Positions 7,230 to 14,629 of a DNA stretch of 14,629 bases are shown here, in pieces (the first letter of the stretch is position 1; each line of letters begins with the position of its first letter). The DNA comes from Clostridiales bacterium UBA1380 (GTDB lineage: Bacteria; Bacillota; Clostridia; Oscillospirales; CAG-272). Under the pieces are notes generated by a model. That model saw only the letters and a list, made by a program, of their open reading frames with translations. It was not told where the DNA came from and did not search any database. Location: positions 1 through 14,629 of the forward strand of contig DBRA01000023.1 in the NCBI GenBank assembly GCA_002305445.1. The letters run 5' to 3'. The position numbers and the translations under genes were made by a program.

Positions 7230-8660
7230 TTATGCATCGGCTTTTACCGCAGCGTTTTCGTTCTGTGGATCCGAAGGCGCTTCCGTCTCGGCCGCGTCCT
7301 TTTTCGTACCGAGGTATTCGGGGAGATTCATGCCGGCCATGTCGAACATTTCACCGAGCGGCGGAACGCTCTTCATTAGTCCGGATATAAAGTTCGCGGT
7401 CGATGTTTTGCCGTCGCCATTGCTGCCGCCGTCCCAGACCGTGACCTTGTCGATCTTTATGCCGGATACGGCTTCGACCTGCAGTTTGACGAGCTGTTCG
7501 AGCTTGTCGGCGATCATCATGCGGATCGCGTCGCTTGCGTTGCCGCCGGCGGCGCTGACGATCTTCATGAAGCCTTCCGCCTGTCTTTCGAGCATGAGCT
7601 TCGCGCCGTCCGCTTCCGCCTGCATCTTCATCAGTATGGCGTCGGCTTCGCCCTTCGCTTTCAGGCGCATCTGTTCGGCTTCGGCGCCTGCTTCGACTTC
7701 GCGTTTCTTGCGCTCGATCTCAGCCTTGACGATGATATCGGCTTCGAGCTTAGCTTTTTCGTAAGCGGCCTTGGCTTCCTCGGCTCTCTGCTGCGCTCCG
7801 TACGATTCCTCCTGAGCCTTAGCCGCCTGAATGTTCTCGGCGGCGGTAGCGCGCCTGAGGGCTTCGGCTTCGCGCTCGCGGCGGGTTGCTTCGGAGTCGG
7901 CGACGCTGACCTTCGCTTCGTTTTCACCGGCTGTAGCTTCGGCATTAGCTTTCGAAACGTTGACGCGCATATCGCGCTCGGCGTTAGCCGAACCGATCGC
8001 ACCGTTGCGGTCGGCCTCCGCGACGCTGATCTTCGCGTCGTTTATAGCCTTGGCAGCCGCCTCGCGGCCGAGAGCGTTGATGTAGCCGGATTCGTCGGTT
8101 ATATCTGTGACGTTGACGTTTATAAGGCGCAGACCTATCTTTTTAAGCTCGGTCTCCACGTTGCCTGAGACGGCGTCAAGGAACTTGTCACGGTCGGTGT
8201 TGATTTCCTCGATGTCCATCGTGGCGATGATGAGTCGCATCTGACCGAAGATGATGTCCTCGGCGAGCTGCTTGATCTCGTCCAGCTTAAGGCCGAGAAG
8301 TCGTTCGGCTGCGTTCTGCATTACGCCGACTTCGGTGGAGATACCGACCGTGAAGCGCGATGGCACGTCGACGCGGATGTTCTGCCTTGACAGCGCGTTT
8401 CTTAAGTCAACAGAGATCGACATCGGCGTCAGGTCGAGGTATTCATACGCCTGGAACACAGGCCATATGAACGCCGCGCCGCCGTGGATGCAGCGGGCGC
8501 TGCGGGAGCTGCCGTCGCTGTTCTGACCGACTTTACCGTAGATGACCATGACCTTGTCGGACGGGCATTTTTTATACCGCGACAGGATCAGCATAAACGT
8601 GGTAAAGATGATCAGAGCAATGATGCACACGAGCACTAAAAGGTTGAAATCTGCAGGCAT
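7230..8660 (-). CDS. Flotillin (SPFH/Band-7 family, FloT/YuaG-like), 476 aa
   Basis: N-terminal TM helix, an SPFH domain, then a long Ala/Glu-rich coiled coil (EAEALRRATAAENIQAAKAQEE...AEAEQMRLKAKGEADAIL...). SD AAAGGGG lies 8 nt before the ATG. Confidence 0.9.
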   Translation of the reverse strand: MPADFNLLVLVCIIALIIFTTFMLILSRYKKCPSDKVMVIYGKVGQNSDGSSRSARCIHGGAAFIWPVFQAYEYLDLTPMSISVDLRNALSRQNIRVDVPSRFTVGISTEVGVMQNAAERLLGLKLDEIKQLAEDIIFGQMRLIIATMDIEEINTDRDKFLDAVSGNVETELKKIGLRLINVNVTDITDESGYINALGREAAAKAINDAKISVAEADRNGAIGSANAERDMRVNVSKANAEATAGENEAKVSVADSEATRREREAEALRRATAAENIQAAKAQEESYGAQQRAEEAKAAYEKAKLEADIIVKAEIERKKREVEAGAEAEQMRLKAKGEADAILMKMQAEADGAKLMLERQAEGFMKIVSAAGGNASDAIRMMIADKLEQLVKLQVEAVSGIKIDKVTVWDGGSNGDGKTSTANFISGLMKSVPPLGEMFDMAGMNLPEYLGTKKDAAETEAPSDPQNENAAVKADA

Positions 8661-8717
8661 AGCTTGGACCCCTTTCTGCCGTTTTTCGGCTGCCGCGGCA
8701 AAAAGAGGCCGCGGCTT

Positions 8718-9476
8718 TTATTGTTCTTTGGCTTCGAGGGCTTTTCTCTTCTGTTCGGCCAGTCGGTTTACGCTTTCGACGGTCTTGTCGACGTTGGAGT
8801 CTACGGGCACGGACATGCGGAGAAGATCCTCGTCGCCTTTTTTGATAACGAGAACGTTTGAGGTAATTTCTTTATCACCGTCGCGGGCAGTTGCCTTGCA
8901 CTTCACTTCTTCAACTGCGCAATAGGTGATATCCTGATACGGCGTGCCGGAGAATGTTTCGGTATAAAGGTCTTCCGTCAGGGAGAAGCGGCGCTTTAAA
9001 ATGAACAGCTTTTCCTTGGTATATATAATCGAAGCGGCGGAATAGATGGAGCTGCGGTATTTTCCGTCAGATTTGCGTTTGACGTAACGGGGTTCGTCGC
9101 CCGTGAAGTCGTCGCACTGAAGGACAACGGCGGGATATGCGGTAAGGCGCTCCGGCGGCGGGGTTTTCGACTTCTTCTCAGTCGCGGGGTTCATCTTTTC
9201 GGTATTCTTCTGCTCGAGGTCGCGAATCTTGTTGTCGATTGTCTGCTGTATGTCGGCTTCCTTAGATTTTCTGCCGGAGTCGATTATCAGCATGATAATG
9301 CCCGCGATTAAAATAGCTAACGGAAGTACGACAATGAACATACTGCCGCCTCCGCGTCTGAACGCCTGCGGTCCGAGTAAGAACGTAAAAATAAGTCCGA
9401 CAAGACCGACGCCGGCACCGACCAGGGACAATACCATGTTGCCCATGAAATACTGAATGTTGCGTTTGAATTCCAC
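8718..9476 (-). CDS. Hypothetical 2-TM membrane protein with a soluble C-terminal domain (possibly a bacterial PH-like domain), 252 aa, GTG start
   Basis: Two N-terminal hydrophobic helices, a Lys/Glu-rich linker, then a beta-rich domain (IYTKEKLFILKRRFSLTEDLYTETF...VLVIKKGDEDLLRMSV). SD AAGGAGAG lies 6 nt before GTG 9476. The domain call is pattern-based only. Confidence 0.65.
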   Translation of the reverse strand: MEFKRNIQYFMGNMVLSLVGAGVGLVGLIFTFLLGPQAFRRGGGSMFIVVLPLAILIAGIIMLIIDSGRKSKEADIQQTIDNKIRDLEQKNTEKMNPATEKKSKTPPPERLTAYPAVVLQCDDFTGDEPRYVKRKSDGKYRSSIYSAASIIYTKEKLFILKRRFSLTEDLYTETFSGTPYQDITYCAVEEVKCKATARDGDKEITSNVLVIKKGDEDLLRMSVPVDSNVDKTVESVNRLAEQKRKALEAKEQ

Positions 9477-9539
9477 TTTCTTCTCTCCTTAATGTGATAT
9501 CGTCCAAGACTCGCTCGCAGCGGTCCTGAATTGCATTTA

Positions 9540-9568
9540 TTATATCACATGGAGCAGAAGATGTCACG
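9540..9568 (-). promoter_or_regulatory. Internal sigma-A promoter inside the flotillin operon (between the nfeD-like gene and the 252-aa gene)
   Basis: On the minus strand: GTGACA (9563-9568), 17 bp, TGaTATAAT extended -10 (9540-9548). Confidence 0.5.
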
Positions 9569-9671
9569 ATGTTTTACTAATTTTATGCCTTAGAGCCGGT
9601 TTTCGGATTTCGATCGCCTTCGTCATTTTCGTATAGGCGCCGCGTAAGTATTGCTGTTTATAAAAAGCCGT

Positions 9672-10346
9672 TTAAGGAGCTTCAATGCTTTTCGCGGCTA
9701 TCAGCGGTTCGACGACAAGCAATCCCGTTTCGTCGGTCGATACGACGCGGACCGTCTCGCCGGTGGCGAGCTTCCGGTCGGCAGTCGTTATCGCGTCGAC
9801 CTCGATGAGCGTCTCCTGAACCGTAATGCTAATCTTGCCACGACCTGTACCGTTAGGAGGTATCGGAATATAGACGCGGCCGGTCTTGCCTATGGCGTTG
9901 CCGAGGTCGATGTTGCCGCAGGACTGAAGCGTCATCGCGGCCTTCATGAGGTAGAACATTCCGACAAGCGCCGCCGCTCCGAAGACGATCGAGAGTATAA
10001 CAGACAGCGTCGTGTTGATACCCGCGCCGGTCAGGACGACGCCGCTCCAGCCGCCGATGCAGAGCATCGCGATGATGCCGCGCAGCGAGAACAGCGCAGC
10101 GCCCCCGTCATGGCCGTCGGACGAATCGGAATCGTCGCCGGCGTCTATTCCGTCAGCGCTCGGGTCGTCTATATCGGATACGTCGACGCTGTCGTAGCCG
10201 CCGTCGAATCCGCCGTCGGCATCGTGCGACGCGCCTATGCCGAAAAACAGCAATATGGTCTGAACGATTAATATAAGCGTAGAAGGAATGGCGATAAACG
10301 CAAAGATTCTACCGATAGCTCCGAGTGATTCCCACCATGCTGCCAT
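9672..10346 (-). CDS. NfeD-like (YuaF/YqeZ short-form) membrane protein with a C-terminal OB-fold, ~224 aa. It contains a 43-residue Asp/Gly/Ser-rich insertion
   Basis: TM helices followed by GKTGRVYIPIPPNGTGRGKISITVQETLIEVDAIT...GETVRVVSTDETGLLVVEP, which fits the NfeD/YuaF OB-fold pattern G-x-G-x-V...G-E-V...V-x-V. The start is ATG 10344-10346 (SD AGGTGA 6 nt upstream) or GTG 10349. Confidence 0.8.
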   Translation of the reverse strand: MAAWWESLGAIGRIFAFIAIPSTLILIVQTILLFFGIGASHDADGGFDGGYDSVDVSDIDDPSADGIDAGDDSDSSDGHDGGAALFSLRGIIAMLCIGGWSGVVLTGAGINTTLSVILSIVFGAAALVGMFYLMKAAMTLQSCGNIDLGNAIGKTGRVYIPIPPNGTGRGKISITVQETLIEVDAITTADRKLATGETVRVVSTDETGLLVVEPLIAAKSIEAP

Positions 10347-10352
10347 CACAAG

Positions 10353-10994
10353 TCACCTGCCTTTCTCAGTATCAATTTTTCTTCGCTCGTCGGGATAGCC
10401 GATAGCGGAGGGTCCGGACGATTCCAGACGCACGAGAAGATCGTCTGCTTTTTTCTTGACGATCGACGCGTAATATGATGTTAAGATAATTTCGAGCGCA
10501 GCGCACAGCCGTCTTCTGTCGCCCGGCGCTCTTTCCTCGAAATCCTCCGTCACGGCGAGTATCGCGTTGCGAAGATCGACCTCGTTTGCCGACGTTTCGC
10601 CGGATATGATGTCCGCGACGGTGCAGATGTAATCGTACAGCTGCGATTCCGGGATGATATCGTCATCTCTGCACGCCGGATCGCCGTTGATGAACCGGAG
10701 CAGAAACGATATTTTTCCGAGCTGCATCGTGTCGCGGAGCATGTTTATAATCAATATACGCGCTACGCAGTCAATGTTGTACTGTTTGTTGACCGGATTC
10801 ACCACCCAGCCGCGCTTCACCCAGTTCTGAAGTGTCGAGCCGTCGACCGCGGATATCTCTCTTATCTGAGCGAGCATGATGCCGTCCGTGATGAAGAATA
10901 TCTTTTTAAGAAACTCCATACCCGTCACGCCGCCCATATCGGAGCGCTTCAGTATCGTACCGGGTATATACTCGTTTTTTAACTCAAGGTACAA
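10353..10994 (-). CDS. DUF1836-like protein with a MerR-type HTH-like core, 213 aa; first gene of the flotillin operon
   Basis: The segment STLQNWVKRGWVVNPVNKQYNIDCVARILIINMLRDTMQLGKISFLL is homologous to the 186-aa ORF at 2463-3023. TTG start with SD GGAGGT 6 nt upstream. Its TGA stop lies inside the SD of the NfeD gene. Confidence 0.65.
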   Translation of the reverse strand: MYLELKNEYIPGTILKRSDMGGVTGMEFLKKIFFITDGIMLAQIREISAVDGSTLQNWVKRGWVVNPVNKQYNIDCVARILIINMLRDTMQLGKISFLLRFINGDPACRDDDIIPESQLYDYICTVADIISGETSANEVDLRNAILAVTEDFEERAPGDRRRLCAALEIILTSYYASIVKKKADDLLVRLESSGPSAIGYPDERRKIDTEKGR

Positions 10995-11035
10995 GCGTAT
11001 ACCTCCCCTCGTTTCTTTATCAACCTTTTGACTAG

Positions 11036-11064
11036 ATTATACCATGCAGTCATGTGATTGTCAA
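11036..11064 (-). promoter_or_regulatory. Consensus sigma-A promoter of the DUF1836-nfeD-flotillin operon
   Basis: On the minus strand: TTGACA (11059-11064), 17 bp, TGgTATAAT (11036-11044). The leader is about 40 nt and leads into GAGGGGAGGT. Confidence 0.6.
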
Positions 11065-11186
11065 TAGCTTTATGATGATTTTTTCACAAACTCATTCTAT
11101 GATATGTATGTCCGCAAATGTTGTAAATTATCAAAATTCATTATGTATATTAATAAAAATATTGTTACTGAATAGCCCCGATATTG

Positions 11187-11214
11187 TTGATTATTCGGAA
11201 ATGCGTGATATAAT
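11187..11214 (+). promoter_or_regulatory. sigma-A promoter of the AraC-family gene
   Basis: TTGATT (11187-11192), 16 bp, TGaTATAAT (11206-11214). SD GGAGCG lies before ATG 11262. Confidence 0.5.
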
Positions 11215-11261
11215 ATAATAAGTCCGGTTGTTCACTTTATATACCTTTCGGAGCGTTTTCG

Positions 11262-12104
11262 ATGTTTTACAATGATCTTAAAGAAAAAATTGTGTATGTC
11301 GGCCAGGCCCGCAACAACAGTTTTCTTGAAGTTCAGCTCGCGGGAGTGACGTTTCCAAACCCGGAATACAGCATCGTCCGCAGCGCTTGTAGAATGCATG
11401 TATTTGAATATGTTGTGTCCGGAAAAGGCTACATAGTGAAAAAAGACAAGCGTTACGAGGTCGGCCCGGGTGACTTTTACTATCTCGGAGCGGACGAATC
11501 GGCATATTACTACTCCGACAAAAACGATCCGTACGAAAAGCTTTGGGTGAACGTCTCGGGAGGGCTGATCGACTCGCTTGCGTCGGCCTTTGGTTTCACG
11601 GCGGTGACGATACGCCACATCAACGTCAGACAGAACTTCCTCGAGATTCATGATATTCTTGAGCATGTAAACTCCGAAAACTACTCGCAGAAGATGCGCG
11701 ACGTGTCGCGATGCTTCTTCAACCTGATGATGGACGTGCAGAGTGGCGCCATCTTCCCCGTTTCGGCGCCCGATTCTGGGCTCGCTGAGCAGATCCGCGC
11801 CTTCATCGACGACAATCTGTACACAGACATAGATCTCGACGACGCGATGGAGGTTTTCCACATAACAAAAGTGCATATCATACGCGTCTTCAAAAACGCA
11901 TTCGGCATAACGCCGATGCAGTACATGATTAAAAAACGCACGGAGGTCGCGGGAAGCCTGCTCGACAACACTGTTATGCCGATCAAGGAGATATCCGCGC
12001 TTCTGCGCTACTCGAACACGCAGCATTTCTCGAACTCATTCAAGAAGTGCACGGGTTTGTCGCCGAACGAGCGCAGGAAGCTCTCTCAGGCAGCGGAAAA
12101 ATAA
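11262..12104 (+). CDS. AraC-family transcriptional regulator (N-terminal cupin/AraC-binding domain, C-terminal dual HTH), 280 aa
   Basis: The C-terminus has the AraC-type HTH signature (ITPMQYMIKKRTEVAGSLL...IKEISALLRYSNTQHFSNSFKKCTGLSPNERRK). The N-terminal beta-rich domain fits a cupin. Confidence 0.85.
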   Translation: MFYNDLKEKIVYVGQARNNSFLEVQLAGVTFPNPEYSIVRSACRMHVFEYVVSGKGYIVKKDKRYEVGPGDFYYLGADESAYYYSDKNDPYEKLWVNVSGGLIDSLASAFGFTAVTIRHINVRQNFLEIHDILEHVNSENYSQKMRDVSRCFFNLMMDVQSGAIFPVSAPDSGLAEQIRAFIDDNLYTDIDLDDAMEVFHITKVHIIRVFKNAFGITPMQYMIKKRTEVAGSLLDNTVMPIKEISALLRYSNTQHFSNSFKKCTGLSPNERRKLSQAAEK

Positions 12105-12138
12105 AAAAAACAGGCGGACGATTCGTCCGCCTGTTTTG
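12103..12138. terminator. Bidirectional intrinsic terminator shared by the AraC gene (+) and rpsU (-)
   Basis: aaaaaaaa-CAGGCGGACG-attc-GTCCGCCTG-tttt: a perfect 9-10-bp stem. Confidence 0.8.
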
Positions 12139-12171
12139 ATGTACCAAACAGCGAGTTAAAACTAAACAGGC

Positions 12172-12348
12172 TTATTTATATTTGCGCTTTCTCGCAGCTT
12201 CTGATTTCTTTTTCTTCTTTACACTGGGTTTCTCGTAATGCTCTCTCTTGCGAAGCTCTGCGAGAACGCCGGAGCGGGCGCACTGACGTTTAAAACGGCG
12301 AAGAGCGCTGTCAAGCGATTCGTTTTCTTTTACTCTGATTTCGGCCAT
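12172..12348 (-). CDS. rpsU: 30S ribosomal protein S21, 58 aa (below the ORF-track size cutoff)
   Basis: Hand translation gives [58 protein letters not shown], which matches B. subtilis S21 (…KNESLEDALRRFKR…[28 protein letters not shown]). SD GGAGGG lies 7 nt upstream. Confidence 0.9.
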   Translation of the reverse strand: MAEIRVKENESLDSALRRFKRQCARSGVLAELRKREHYEKPSVKKKKKSEAARKRKYK

Positions 12349-12396
12349 CCTTTATCCCTCCCCCCGTTTTAGCCAAATTGCGTTACCTACCGAATA

Positions 12397-12425
12397 ATTA
12401 TATCAGAATTATCCTTATGTGTCAA
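12397..12425 (-). promoter_or_regulatory. Consensus sigma-A promoter for rpsU
   Basis: On the minus strand: TTGACA (12420-12425), 17 bp, TATAAT (12397-12402). Confidence 0.55.
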
Positions 12426-12435
12426 GCTGTTTATT

Positions 12436-14629
<2,194 letters not shown>

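Noticed and set aside
7090-7764. 224-aa plus-strand ORF, plus the ORFs at 7661-8002, 7831-8085 and 8251-8925
   Set aside because: All are antisense or out-of-frame shadows of the flotillin gene. Their Ser/Ala-rich low-complexity translations mirror the flotillin coiled-coil repeats.
9651-10271. 206-aa plus-strand ORF
   Set aside because: It is antisense to the NfeD-like gene, and its Arg/Asp-rich translation reflects the complement of the acidic tract.
11232-12026. 264-aa minus-strand ORF
   Set aside because: It is fully antisense to the well-supported AraC-family gene.

Overview
This 14.6-kb window appears to come from a moderately high-GC, endospore-forming Firmicutes chromosome. That is an inference from a clear Spo0A ortholog and from gene content; no taxon can be named from sequence alone. 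Nearly every intergenic region contains a near-consensus sigma-A promoter with 17-bp spacing and an extended -10, and most transcription units end in clean intrinsic terminators.

Most of the window is ordinary, with genes in this order:
- a 5'-truncated CDS on the + strand;
- a 661-aa right-handed beta-helix protein (-);
- a DUF1836/MerR-like HTH protein (-), divergent from an SGNH/GDSL hydrolase (+);
- spo0A (+), behind an unusually long 485-bp leader that carries 0A-box-like motifs;
- a ComEC-C-terminal-like MBL hydrolase (-), convergent with spo0A;
- a small membrane protein (-);
- an AraC-family regulator (+);
- rpsU (-, 58 aa, absent from the ORF track);
- leuS (-, 5' end beyond the window).

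The most interesting block is a tightly packed minus-strand operon, 10994 -> 6714, built around an NfeD/flotillin pair. Its gene order is:
- a second DUF1836/MerR-like HTH paralog;
- an NfeD/YuaF-like OB-fold membrane protein with a ~43-residue Asp/Gly/Ser-rich acidic insertion;
- a 2-TM protein with a possible bacterial PH-like domain;
- a FloT-like flotillin;
- a 4-TM protein.

The canonical NfeD-flotillin module is well known. The co-transcribed MerR-like DUF1836 gene is not a described partner, nor are the two extra membrane proteins, the internal promoter, or the palindromic GC stem-loops, so this cluster is the best candidate for an undescribed membrane-microdomain or envelope-stress module. 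I found no CRISPR array, tRNA, rRNA or mobile element. The large antisense ORFs in the track are artefacts of GC-rich coding sequence.
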